From Promethearchaeota archaeon (GTDB lineage Archaea; Asgardarchaeota; Lokiarchaeia; Sigyniarchaeales; SOKP01), in assembly GCA_016839705.1 (NCBI GenBank), contig JAEOTR010000014.1:32001-96000 (forward strand): a stretch of 64,000 nucleotides of DNA, in the 5' to 3' direction. A program made the position numbers and the translations under genes. This document shows, piece after piece, positions 10,667 through 20,662 of this stretch; position 1 is the first letter of the stretch; every line of letters begins with the position of its first letter. The notes beneath the pieces were generated by a model that worked only from the letters and a program-made list of their open reading frames with translations, did not search any database and had not been told where the DNA came from.

Positions 10667-10950
10667 TTTAAAACACCTTTTCTTCTTTTCTTTTACAAAT
10701 CATTCATGTTAATAGGGAAGATCGATTCTCCTGATGAATATTGGGATCAAATTTTGCTCTCTTACTTAATTCATCAGCTTTGTTATGCTATTTATACCTA
10801 TACATTTCGTTAGTATTTTAAATACTGATTTGTATCTATTTTTCAAAATATATCATTTTGTGCAAAAGGTGCTTTTTTTGCTAAAAAACCTTAGTAAAAG
10901 TACAAAATCGCAATTAATCCAAAAAAGAAGAATAATATGAGGAAAATTAT

Positions 10951-11769
10951 ATGTTATTTCAAACATTTGATCGTCAAACGATAATTAGCCTTTCGGCAGT
11001 GGTATCATTAATCTCTCTTATGATATTTGGTTGTTACCTCATTTTACGAAGACGAGGAAAAGGAGTAAAATCAACAGAATTTAAAGTTTTATTCCTTTTC
11101 TTCACATCGATAATTGTAATGGTAAGTATGGTAATTATCATACAAAAAGTCTTTGATAGCCATATTTTGGCACAAGCTTTTGGTTATGTCTTTGGAATCA
11201 GTTATGTCCTATTTAGTGCATATTCCATTGCAAAATTCTTTATTAAGAAAAATAATCAATTAGACAATTTGTTGAATAATGTAATCAAGTCCAGCTCAGA
11301 TGTGGCAGTGAATGTAGCAAATATCGCGACAGAATTGGCTGCGAACGCAAGCGAGGTAAATGCTGCTGCAGAAGAGATAGCTTCATCTACTCAAGAAACT
11401 ACAAATATAACAGAAGGAATTATGAAGGCCTCTACTGAAATAGATAGTGTAAATTCACTTATTACAAGCATAGCAGATCAAACTAATTTATTGGCGCTAA
11501 ACGCTAGCATTGAAGCGGGTAGAGCGGGTGAGTGGGGAAGAGGTTTTGCTGTTGTTGCAGATGAAGTTAGAAAACTGGCAGAAGAATCAAGAAAAGCAGT
11601 TAAGGATACAGGCAGTAAAATAAGCGATACAAATAGTAAAATAAACGATTCATTTAATAACATGGAAGGTATAAATTCCGCCGCAGAACAACAAACTGCG
11701 TCTATGGAAGAGATTACCGCGACAGCAACCAAGTTAGGAATGATAGCTGAAGAACTTAAAAGTGGTTAA
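10951..11769 (+). CDS. Methyl-accepting chemotaxis-like protein (3 TM plus short signalling domain)
   Basis: [40 protein letters not shown] hairpin tip; three N-terminal TM helices. Confidence 0.9.
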   Translation: MLFQTFDRQTIISLSAVVSLISLMIFGCYLILRRRGKGVKSTEFKVLFLFFTSIIVMVSMVIIIQKVFDSHILAQAFGYVFGISYVLFSAYSIAKFFIKKNNQLDNLLNNVIKSSSDVAVNVANIATELAANASEVNAAAEEIASSTQETTNITEGIMKASTEIDSVNSLITSIADQTNLLALNASIEAGRAGEWGRGFAVVADEVRKLAEESRKAVKDTGSKISDTNSKINDSFNNMEGINSAAEQQTASMEEITATATKLGMIAEELKSG

Positions 11770-11918
11770 TGATAAATGTGGACCCTGTTAAAAAAGAGAA
11801 AGAATTTAAACCAAAGTTAAAAAAATTAGGATTAAGGATCAAAAAGTAGGAGATTCAAGAAATTTAATATAACTAATCTGAAATCTTGAAATTCCCACTT
11901 TAACTTTTTATTTTAAAA

Positions 11919-12932
11919 TTACTTTTTTAGAATTTCAATAGTTTTATCTACGATCTTTTTAGTGTTTGGGAGTGTTTGTTCTTCTAATTCTCTTGAATAG
12001 GGGATGGTATTTTCTGTACAGACACGACCATATTTAAATGATAAGCCTTCTTCTAAAAGAATGGCACATACCTCACCTGAGAGTCCGAAATTTTTGTAAT
12101 CTTCATCGACAACTAGTACGGCTTCTGTTTTTCCCACTGAATTTTTTATACCTTCTATATCTAGTGGAGCTATACATCTTAAATCTAAAACTTCAGCGGA
12201 AATACCTTTCTCTTCCAAAACTCGAGCAGCTTCGAGTGATTGATGAACACCCACTCCAACACTAACTAATGTTATGTCGCTTCCTTCTTTCATCTTATTT
12301 AATTTCCCTAAAGGAATTGGTTCCCATTTATCAGGTACTTCTCCCTCTATTCCCTGTTCAGGTACATCAAAAGAAACAGTCGATCTCCCACCAATCCCCA
12401 TATTATCAAGCCAATAATCGGCTAGTAATTTATGCTCGAAATAAATTACGGGGTTATCTTCATAAATAGAGGAAAGCATTAATCTTCCAGCATCAGCAGG
12501 ATTAGATGGAACTACAATCGATAATCCTGGGATATGAGCCAACCACCCCCATAGACTTTGTTCATGCTGCCCAGCATCACCATAGCCCCCACCACAAGCA
12601 GTTCTGATAACCAGAGGAACATTCCACTTATTTCCTGAAAAGAATGATATTTTAGCGGCATGATTAAGGATAGCATCCATTGCAACACTAATAAAATCTA
12701 CTAACATAATCTCGACAACTGGTCGTAAACCTGCCATAGCAGCAGTAACCGCTGCGCCAACAAAAGCACCTTCACTTATAGGCGTGTGCATAACTCTTTT
12801 TTTACCAAATCGAGCGAAAAGATTTAACCTCAAAGTGTGCACGTCTTCTCCCATAATAATAATATTCTCATCCTCTGCCATAGCATAGGCGAGTGCACTT
12901 TCGATGGCTTGAGCAAATCCCATTTTAGCCAT
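11919..12932 (-). CDS. 2-oxoacid/acetoin dehydrogenase E1 beta subunit
   Basis: MGEDV, TPISE, GLRPVVEIM, AGQHEQS, PVIYFEHKLL, DLRCIAPLD motifs. Confidence 0.92.
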   Translation of the reverse strand: MAKMGFAQAIESALAYAMAEDENIIIMGEDVHTLRLNLFARFGKKRVMHTPISEGAFVGAAVTAAMAGLRPVVEIMLVDFISVAMDAILNHAAKISFFSGNKWNVPLVIRTACGGGYGDAGQHEQSLWGWLAHIPGLSIVVPSNPADAGRLMLSSIYEDNPVIYFEHKLLADYWLDNMGIGGRSTVSFDVPEQGIEGEVPDKWEPIPLGKLNKMKEGSDITLVSVGVGVHQSLEAARVLEEKGISAEVLDLRCIAPLDIEGIKNSVGKTEAVLVVDEDYKNFGLSGEVCAILLEEGLSFKYGRVCTENTIPYSRELEEQTLPNTKKIVDKTIEILKK

Positions 12933-13926
12933 TCTTAATCCCTCCTTCATAAATTTCTAATGCGTTCTTGATTATTTGTTCAATTTCTTTAGTTACTTCT
13001 TTTTCTATCTCTTTAAGACGATCTGCATCGATTTTCAGCTTTTTCTTAATAACAACAATAGGATCCATTCTTTTTTTAAATTGTCCTCCAATATTACGTA
13101 AGATCAAAAGAATTTCGTCTATATTTTCACTATACTTTTGAAGAGATTCTGAAACTTCAGCTAACATGGTAGGATTTCGATATGTTCTGACAAGTAGATC
13201 TCCAAGCATGTGCCCTTCTAAGTGCACACAACGTGCCTGAATAAACTGAGGGCCACCATCTTCACGCATTTTTGGGATTACTTCACTTACTACATTCCAA
13301 ACTGCTTCTACGTCAGTTCCATCGACTTCATATCCTTCAATACCGAAACCTTTAGCTCTTTGTATTAAATTCCCTCCCGTAGTATTATTTGTAATGGTTG
13401 AAATCGCCCAATCGTTATCTTTACAAATAAAAAGGACAGGTAAATTCCAAGCAGAGGCTAAATTCATTGATTCTAGCATCATTCCCTGATTTATTGCTCC
13501 TTCTCCAAAAAAAGCGACTGCTATGTTTTTTTTCTTTTGGTATTTCAATGCTAATGCAAAACCCGTGGCTGCGGGGCCTGATGAGCCAACAATACCTGAT
13601 GATGCAATTAAATCCTCTTTTGAAAAGAGATGCATATGACCACCTTGTCCGGAGCATAAACCCTGGGAATGACCTAAAAATTCTAGTAATAGTAAAATAG
13701 GATCGATTCCTCGCATAATTAACGGAGGGGTTCCACGATGATCAACGGCTATAGCATCACCTTCTTCTAATTGAGAAATTACGCCTGCAATTATTGCTTC
13801 TTCTCCCGTTCCAAGATGCATTTCACCGGAAATCTTTCCTTGTTCCCAAAGGTCTGTTATAGCATTCTCAAAAAGACGACTACGCAACATCATTCGATAG
13901 AGTTTCCATATATCTACTTCAGTCAT
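12925..13926 (-). CDS. 2-oxoacid/acetoin dehydrogenase E1 alpha subunit (TPP-dependent)
   Basis: HLGTGEEA, GQGGHMH, TPP motif FFGEGA...N, VDGTD, EGH. Confidence 0.92.
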   Translation of the reverse strand: MTEVDIWKLYRMMLRSRLFENAITDLWEQGKISGEMHLGTGEEAIIAGVISQLEEGDAIAVDHRGTPPLIMRGIDPILLLLEFLGHSQGLCSGQGGHMHLFSKEDLIASSGIVGSSGPAATGFALALKYQKKKNIAVAFFGEGAINQGMMLESMNLASAWNLPVLFICKDNDWAISTITNNTTGGNLIQRAKGFGIEGYEVDGTDVEAVWNVVSEVIPKMREDGGPQFIQARCVHLEGHMLGDLLVRTYRNPTMLAEVSESLQKYSENIDEILLILRNIGGQFKKRMDPIVVIKKKLKIDADRLKEIEKEVTKEIEQIIKNALEIYEGGIKNG

Positions 13927-14047
13927 TATTTTCACTTAATTTTATTAAAACAGATTTTATTCAAATATAATAGATTTTAGATGATTCATTATAAATACTT
14001 AATCATTAATTTAAAATTTTAAAAATCCTTTTTCCTTTTCTTATTTA

Positions 14048-14923
14048 ATGCCATTTACTCATGATGATTTTGATTACATTGACGCTCACAGTCATTTTTT
14101 CCCTCCTCAAATATTTAAGGCTATTTGGAGCTACTTTGAACAAACGGATGAAAAGGGCAATATAAAAGGATGGCCGATTAACTATAAACTTCCAACAGAA
14201 GAATTAGTAAGATTTTTAGAATCACAAAATGTGAAGGCTTATACAACATATAATTATGCTCATAAGGAGGGTGTAGCAGAATATATTAATGAATGGGTTA
14301 AAGATTTTTGTATGACACATAAAAATGCTATACCATTTGGATGTGTATGGCCAGATGATGAAAATCGGATTGAGTATGTAAAAAAGATATTAGAAGATCA
14401 TAATTTTTTCGGAATTAAAATCCAACCATTAGTTCAAGAATTTTATCCTGATGATAAAAGGATGTATGAAGTCTACAATTTAATATTAGATCAAGGAAAG
14501 TGGATATGTTTTCATGCGGGTACAGCCCCTTACCGCAATAAATACGTCGGATATAAAAATTTTGTAAAATTCCTGAATAAATACTCGGATATGAATTTAT
14601 TAATAGCTCATATGGGTGCATTCGAATATAAGAAATTTTTACACCTACTTGATAAACATGAAAATCTTTATTTAGACACTACGATGATATACATTCCAGA
14701 TAATATATTTCCTGAAAGAAAGTCGAAACGCCCAAAACCAGAAGAGTTGATTTCTTATCAAGATCGAATTTTATTTGGGAGTGATTTCCCTAATATTCCT
14801 TATGCGTATCAATTTTCCACAAAAGGTCTGTTAGAGCTTGAACTCCCAAAAAATGTATATCAAAATATTTTTTTTAATAACGCAAAGCGTTTATTTAATA
14901 TCACTGTAGAAGAGCTAGACTAA
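14048..14923 (+). CDS. Amidohydrolase_2 family metal-dependent hydrolase
   Basis: IDAHSH, FHAG, IAHMG, LFGSDFP. Confidence 0.88.
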   Translation: MPFTHDDFDYIDAHSHFFPPQIFKAIWSYFEQTDEKGNIKGWPINYKLPTEELVRFLESQNVKAYTTYNYAHKEGVAEYINEWVKDFCMTHKNAIPFGCVWPDDENRIEYVKKILEDHNFFGIKIQPLVQEFYPDDKRMYEVYNLILDQGKWICFHAGTAPYRNKYVGYKNFVKFLNKYSDMNLLIAHMGAFEYKKFLHLLDKHENLYLDTTMIYIPDNIFPERKSKRPKPEELISYQDRILFGSDFPNIPYAYQFSTKGLLELELPKNVYQNIFFNNAKRLFNITVEELD

Positions 14924-15764
14924 AAGCCATTACTAGCATCCCTGCAGCAATTCCTAATATAGATAGATGTTCTTTACCCAAAGAACGCGACATTGGGAGT
15001 AATTCGTCTAAGGAAATATAAACCATAAACCCACCCACTACAGAGAGCATTGCGCCTAATAAAACTTCGTTGATAAAGGGAAAAAGCACTAATCCAACTA
15101 AAAGGGCTCCTATTGGTTCACTTATTCCTGAGATAAAAGACCACAGGAAAGCTTTAAATTTGTTCTTATTATGTAAGGAAATTGTTGTTGCTATAGCAAG
15201 TCCTTCAGGAATATTATGTAATGCTATTGCAACAGTAATTAATAGTCCGAGTTTAAATTCTTTTAGAGTTCCTATAAAGGTTGCCATCCCTTCAGGAAAA
15301 TTATGAATAAAAACACCCAAAGTTACTAACAATGAAGTCTTTCTCAATTGACCTTGTTGAGATAGTTGCTTGTGATGGCGAAAGCGACGATGTTGATGAT
15401 TTTGACCACCATTTCTAGGTCCATTCTTATGTTGTCGGTTATTTCTACCAGAAAAATAAGGTATTTCTTCTAAACTTGAACTATCTTCAAATTCATAATA
15501 ATGTGTGACTGTAATATCAATTAGGAGCATTAGGCTCATTCCTAATAAGAAAAATAATATCCCAAATAGTATCCCGTTGGTTTGAATACCTTCTTGTAAT
15601 AATTCCACGAACGAAACTAGAATCATTACTCCTGCTGAAAAACCCATTATAAAAGAAATAACTTTATTGCTAGGTTTTTTCATAATAAGAGCAATAATAC
15701 TGCCTACAGAAGTTGATAAACCTGCAATTGTACTTAATAGTAAAGCAGTGAATAGAGGTTCCAT
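14901..15764 (-). CDS. zupT: ZIP family metal transporter (ZupT/GufA)
   Basis: FSAGVM, HNFPEG and HNIPEG motifs, SEPIGA, DELLP; His/Arg-rich loop. Confidence 0.92.
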   Translation of the reverse strand: MEPLFTALLLSTIAGLSTSVGSIIALIMKKPSNKVISFIMGFSAGVMILVSFVELLQEGIQTNGILFGILFFLLGMSLMLLIDITVTHYYEFEDSSSLEEIPYFSGRNNRQHKNGPRNGGQNHQHRRFRHHKQLSQQGQLRKTSLLVTLGVFIHNFPEGMATFIGTLKEFKLGLLITVAIALHNIPEGLAIATTISLHNKNKFKAFLWSFISGISEPIGALLVGLVLFPFINEVLLGAMLSVVGGFMVYISLDELLPMSRSLGKEHLSILGIAAGMLVMAFSLALLQ

Positions 15765-15830
15765 TTTTCAAGTGTAATTCTTATTGTAGGTTAAAATCTA
15801 AATCAAATTTTGGTTTAAAAGTGTAAAAAT

Positions 15831-15844
15831 TTAGACGAGTCTAA
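15831..15844. promoter_or_regulatory. TTAGAC-GA-GTCTAA palindrome, DtxR/MntR-type operator candidate
   Basis: Perfect inverted repeat of TTAG-N6-CTAA form about 67 bp upstream of zupT. Confidence 0.6.
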
Positions 15845-16065
15845 TTTATGTAATTAAAGGTACATATAAAAAGATTATGAAATCAAATACAATAAAGATT
15901 ACGATTATCATAACAAGATTTAATAAGAAATTCTATATTTAAGTAAAAATTAGTAATTAGATTGACGTAATATTTTTTGTTGTCAGAGTATTTAGAGTTT
16001 CTTAAAAATAATGATACTATTTATAATGTAAATTCCTTTTTTTATTTAATGTTTAAAGTACTAAT

Positions 16066-16569
16066 TTGGATAATATTATGAGAAAAGTCACCGATGCGGA
16101 TAAATTGCTTTATTACGAGAGAAATTTTGTCACATTAGATGGTTTATGGATGTTGGAAACTGAAAAAGTTCTGGGATGGGATAAAGCGTTAGAAATAGAT
16201 AATACAGTATGGATTAGGCTACTTAAAATAATAGTAAGAAGAATTAAAAATTATTTAAAAATCGAGACGAATACATTACTCGATCTTGTTGAGATCATTA
16301 CTTTTAGATGGTCAATTGAGGGTTGGAATTATAATGTAAACAAAATCTCAGAATCAGAAGTAATTATTGAAGTTATTGGGTGTCCCTATAAAGCATCAAT
16401 GGATAGAAATGAAGATCGTCATAATAAAATCCCTTTAATATGCAAAAATATGTGTAGTATCATTTATAATGCAATGACTGAAGAGTTCAGCCCAAAAATT
16501 AAACTGGAAAGAAAGACATTCATGGGATTGGGGGATAAAAGTTGTGAATTTCACTTTAAAGAATCGTAA
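16066..16569 (+). CDS. DUF6125 / V4R-like ligand-binding protein
   Basis: DGLW...E...G...A; CP...C...GD..CEF pattern. Confidence 0.65.
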   Translation: MDNIMRKVTDADKLLYYERNFVTLDGLWMLETEKVLGWDKALEIDNTVWIRLLKIIVRRIKNYLKIETNTLLDLVEIITFRWSIEGWNYNVNKISESEVIIEVIGCPYKASMDRNEDRHNKIPLICKNMCSIIYNAMTEEFSPKIKLERKTFMGLGDKSCEFHFKES

Positions 16570-16579
16570 TGATGAATGA

Positions 16580-16996
16580 ATGAGCCAACTAAAGCCCAAA
16601 TGGAGAAATATTGATTATTTAAAAGCAGTACCAGCTTTTATATTTGGAATTATTATTTTTTATTTTTCTTCTCTAAGTAACCCTTATCTAACACCACCTT
16701 CTGAACAGGTGTCTACATTTTTAAATCCTCTTTTGCATATATGTGAATATGCTTTCTTATCATTTCTAATCTTTTTTGGGTTCTTTTCTAAAGTAAAAGC
16801 AATCTATTTGCTAGCATTTTCATTTTTTTACGCATTCTTGGATGAAGTTCACCAGTTTTTCGTCCCTAATCGCTATTTTGATGTTTTTGATCTCATTATT
16901 GATTTTGGAGGAGTGGTCTTAGGATTTATATCTTATTTAATTGTAAAGAAATTGTATACCATCTTCAAGGAGAAACAAGAAAACAGTAAACTATAA
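16580..16996 (+). CDS. VanZ family membrane protein
   Basis: HICEYAFL...DEVHQFFVPNR...DLIID. Confidence 0.88.
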   Translation: MSQLKPKWRNIDYLKAVPAFIFGIIIFYFSSLSNPYLTPPSEQVSTFLNPLLHICEYAFLSFLIFFGFFSKVKAIYLLAFSFFYAFLDEVHQFFVPNRYFDVFDLIIDFGGVVLGFISYLIVKKLYTIFKEKQENSKL

Positions 16997-17031
16997 TTTA
17001 TATCCGATATTAAAGATTTTGAACCAAAAAT

Positions 17032-17475
17032 ATGACTATTAATAAAAAACAAGTTGTTGTTATCATTTTAGGGATTTTCTCAATCTTAATAGTTTTTTTT
17101 GCTCCATATGGGTATCATATAGATTTAGGTCCGGGACCTAACGTTCTAATGGCAGTATTCTGGGACTTTTCAGATTATATTGGGTTCCAAATATTAGCAT
17201 CACTAGAGTATTTTCCGTATTATCTCTTTCGAATTGTTGTTCTTTACGAACTATTAAGATTTTTCCAAGAAAAAGCATCGAAAAAAAAAGTCATCATCGC
17301 AGCAATTGTTAGCGAATTGATACCATTGATCATATCAATTCCTGGAGCACTTTTTCTCAATTCAGAGGGGGAAAATTATATTCCTATAATGATCTCGATT
17401 CCGATATTACTTTTGTTCGTTCTACCTTCTGTGATGTTATTCTCATTTAAAACTAAGAATAAGCAAATAGAGTAA
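17032..17475 (+). CDS. Hypothetical membrane protein
   Basis: Four hydrophobic segments; co-oriented with neighbours. Confidence 0.65.
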   Translation: MTINKKQVVVIILGIFSILIVFFAPYGYHIDLGPGPNVLMAVFWDFSDYIGFQILASLEYFPYYLFRIVVLYELLRFFQEKASKKKVIIAAIVSELIPLIISIPGALFLNSEGENYIPIMISIPILLLFVLPSVMLFSFKTKNKQIE

Positions 17476-17588
17476 TTAGGTTGAAAGTAACTAGGAAAGC
17501 ATATTGTAAAGTGGCTCCAATTAATTTTATAGCTAAGCAAATGCTAAAAAATTATAATCAAGATCCAATAAATTCCATTATTTATTTT

Positions 17589-19448
17589 TCATGCGTAAAC
17601 ATTCTCAAAATGCTTAATATGGCTTTTCATATCGGAGATTATTACTTGTTTCTCATCATCAGAAATTGAATATGATGTAAAAATTATATTATCAATTTCT
17701 TTTAATAAATGCTTAACTCCTTCATACGATTTACTATGGTTCTTTTGAAATAATTGAGTTATCTCATCTACATTATTAGCAAGTTTCACTTTGATTTGAT
17801 TATCCATGTTCACAATAGGAATATGGCGTATCATGTATTGATTTAAATTGATAGTAGTATTCTTTTGGTTATTAATAGCATATGTGCAATAAAATTGAAT
17901 TAAGATCGAATTAAAAATGGAACACAGGAACTTAAGTTCATTTGAATCATGATGAAGCAAAGAATAAATTGAGGACGTAAAGCACACATTTTCCTCAGTA
18001 TAGATAGCTTCTGGAATTATGTTATTATGCTTAATTAATAATTTTGGTGAGAGATAATATTCAAAATTATTGCCTTTTAAACTTGTAGCTTCAATCTCTT
18101 CAATATTGAAAGATTTATTTTTATCAATAAAAAAGTAACTGAAGTCATTTCGAGCACTAATAAAGAAACAAGTACCGTTATCTTGCTTTTTCAATTTCTT
18201 TCGAACGAGTCTTAAACCTTTATCTTCTTCTCCTCTTATCAGATTTGGAAAAGCAACAGGATTTAAATAATTTAAATCTCCTGTCTTTTCTATCTTATTG
18301 ATCAGTTTAAAAAACAGAGGTTTTGGTTTAACCCTAATACGCTTTAATTCTAAGGTCTCTAAACTACAATAAGGGCAAATTTTTTTGTAGGTATAGACAT
18401 ATAATTTCTTAGATTTCAAATTTAGGTGACAATTAGCATTTAAGCAAATCCTTAGTGAATCTACCTTTTGATTCTTGTAAGTAATAATTTTCCTTTCTGG
18501 AAAATCATAGATATTTAAATCTCTGTTATTGTTTTTATGCTTATTTTCATAGAGCAGTATCTGAACCTCGTTTGTAGCATTTTTAAATATCTTAGAACCC
18601 ATATCGATAATCTTTAGCAAATTAGCTTTTGCTAGGAATGCATTTCGAAATTCGATATACCCTTGTCTAAGAAGAAAACTTTTAGGAACTAAGAAGGCTA
18701 TTACTTCATTGCTCCAATTTAAAGCCTTATAGAGAAAAGCACAGTATATATCTTTATAGAAAGTATTTTCTTCCTTTAGATATTCTTTATCCGCTTTATT
18801 TAAAATGTTTCCGTAAGGCGGGTTTCCGATAATTATATTAAATTTACCCAAGTTTGAATCTATTAAGGTATTTCTTGGTTTAAGATTTTCTCTTAGTTGA
18901 GATAGAATTTCACTAAATCCCTTTCTCTCTTCATCACAATACCATTTAAATAATTTTAGAATTGATAAATCAATAGCCTGCTCATTGATATCGTATCCAT
19001 AAAGATTTTTCAACAGTTTCTTTTTGACTTCAAGAATACCTGAAGAGGGATCTATTTTTTTTATAATGTTATAAATAACCTCAATGGAACTTACTAAAAA
19101 AATGCCGGATCCGCAGGTAGGGTCACAAATCGTTGTATTTAGTAGAACCTTAATTATTTTTTGCTTAATTCCGGAATCTAGACTAAAAATATCATTGATT
19201 TTCTGAATTTGTATTGTATCACTGCCACCATTTCTAAACATTTTATTAATTAAAAAGATTAATGATTCACTTACGATTAGCTTCGAAGTTTCCTCGTCAG
19301 TATAAAACACTCCTTCCTTTTTTCGTCTATTATGATTTGTTAAAAAATTTTCTTCTAATTTGTTAATTAAAGTGAAAAGGTGCTCTAATTGCTGGAAATT
19401 TCCTGAATTTATCTTCTGAATAAGATTTTTGAGTTTAAGATTTTCCAT
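17589..19448 (-). CDS. N6-adenine DNA methyltransferase, gamma class (Eco57I/TaqI-like)
   Basis: GVFYT (motif X), DPTCGSG (motif I), IIGNPPY (motif IV), TaqI-C-like C-terminus (LCSIFNSILIQFY). Confidence 0.88.
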   Translation of the reverse strand: MENLKLKNLIQKINSGNFQQLEHLFTLINKLEENFLTNHNRRKKEGVFYTDEETSKLIVSESLIFLINKMFRNGGSDTIQIQKINDIFSLDSGIKQKIIKVLLNTTICDPTCGSGIFLVSSIEVIYNIIKKIDPSSGILEVKKKLLKNLYGYDINEQAIDLSILKLFKWYCDEERKGFSEILSQLRENLKPRNTLIDSNLGKFNIIIGNPPYGNILNKADKEYLKEENTFYKDIYCAFLYKALNWSNEVIAFLVPKSFLLRQGYIEFRNAFLAKANLLKIIDMGSKIFKNATNEVQILLYENKHKNNNRDLNIYDFPERKIITYKNQKVDSLRICLNANCHLNLKSKKLYVYTYKKICPYCSLETLELKRIRVKPKPLFFKLINKIEKTGDLNYLNPVAFPNLIRGEEDKGLRLVRKKLKKQDNGTCFFISARNDFSYFFIDKNKSFNIEEIEATSLKGNNFEYYLSPKLLIKHNNIIPEAIYTEENVCFTSSIYSLLHHDSNELKFLCSIFNSILIQFYCTYAINNQKNTTINLNQYMIRHIPIVNMDNQIKVKLANNVDEITQLFQKNHSKSYEGVKHLLKEIDNIIFTSYSISDDEKQVIISDMKSHIKHFENVYA

Positions 19449-19597
19449 ATTGTAATTTGAAGCTTACAGATATTTATTTGATAAACTTTGACGTACTGTT
19501 AATATTCACCTATATTTTTCAATCTAAAATATTTTGTTGTTTATCTTATATTTTCTTTAGATTTTTATAGTTATTTTTATTTTATATTATAGAGAGT

Positions 19598-20089
19598 ATG
19601 ACGGATAAAGAAGAAAAAAAAGATTATCATGGAGTTGCACCAATCAGATCTGTCGTAAAGAAGATGAAAAAAGAATATGACAGGGATAACAAGGATTGGA
19701 GAGTGATAGGGTCAAAAGATCGAGATGGGAACCTAGATACTATCATATCAAAAAAGCCTAATCACTTTTGGTTAAAATCGAAACAATTAAGCCCATTTTC
19801 AGCTTTATCCATGGGTTCGGTAGTTCGAAATCTTGATAGAGATATCGATGAAAAGATGGGGAAAAAGATGTCTCCAGATGAAATGCTACGGTTCTTTGGG
19901 ATGGTTGTTCCTATTAAAGAAAACAAAAATATTATTGCTACTGGAATAGAAAAATATTCTCAAGAACAAGGAGATTATCTAAAAAAAGTTATCAACGAAA
20001 GGGATTCGAATTTAGATTATCAACTTCGTCATAGAATTGATAAGGAATTTATAAAAAAACATCCGCAAAGAAAAAATTTATACATATAA
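19598..20089 (+). CDS. Hypothetical protein
   Basis: 163-aa ORF with normal composition; no motif recognised. Confidence 0.65.
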   Translation: MTDKEEKKDYHGVAPIRSVVKKMKKEYDRDNKDWRVIGSKDRDGNLDTIISKKPNHFWLKSKQLSPFSALSMGSVVRNLDRDIDEKMGKKMSPDEMLRFFGMVVPIKENKNIIATGIEKYSQEQGDYLKKVINERDSNLDYQLRHRIDKEFIKKHPQRKNLYI

Positions 20090-20105
20090 AGAAAATATAA
20101 TAATC

Positions 20106-20516
20106 CTAGACTTTTTCTTTTAATATGCCTAGTTGATCTTTACTTTTAATTATTGGAAGATTTCCTGAATACTTATCTGAATTATTTATTAATTCTGCTA
20201 TGATAGCATTCATTTTTTCAGACCCAGAACTTCCTTCAAGAGAGTTCGCAAACTCCTTTAATAATGGAACTTTTAAATCTTCCACGTAGAACGATACTCC
20301 CTTTTCAACTTCCTCAAGAAGAAATTGAAATGATAGGTCAGCGTTTCTTTCAGTTGTGAAAAATGGTTCGTCAGGATCCTCAAAAGTGTAGGATACCTCA
20401 ATCCAACGATCATTATCTGTGGGGACCATCCCAAAAATATAATCTTTTGTATGAAGCCAAAAAGGGGTCCCTTTATCAAATGATATATCTACAAGTGATT
20501 TAAATTCCTCGCTCAT
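20106..20516 (-). CDS. Hypothetical acidic protein
   Basis: 136-aa ORF with GAGGA SD-like sequence upstream. Confidence 0.65.
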   Translation of the reverse strand: MSEEFKSLVDISFDKGTPFWLHTKDYIFGMVPTDNDRWIEVSYTFEDPDEPFFTTERNADLSFQFLLEEVEKGVSFYVEDLKVPLLKEFANSLEGSSGSEKMNAIIAELINNSDKYSGNLPIIKSKDQLGILKEKV

Positions 20517-20662
20517 ACCATCTTATTCCTCTAATTTTTATTTAAACTTTTCCGATAATTGTGTAATTAAGAAGATTCTTTTAATTTTATAATTTAATAA
20601 TTTCTATTTTAATCTTAGCTTTTAAAATTATTATGTGAAAAGAATTTTAAATAAAAGAATAA

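Noticed and set aside
10731-10777. CTGATGAAT/ATTCATCAG inverted repeat
   Set aside because: Only 9 bp with an imperfect interior and no recognisable RNA family or second copy.
10041-11732. Two similar minus-strand ORFs (10041-10268, 11478-11732)
   Set aside because: Antisense shadows of the paralogous MCP domains.
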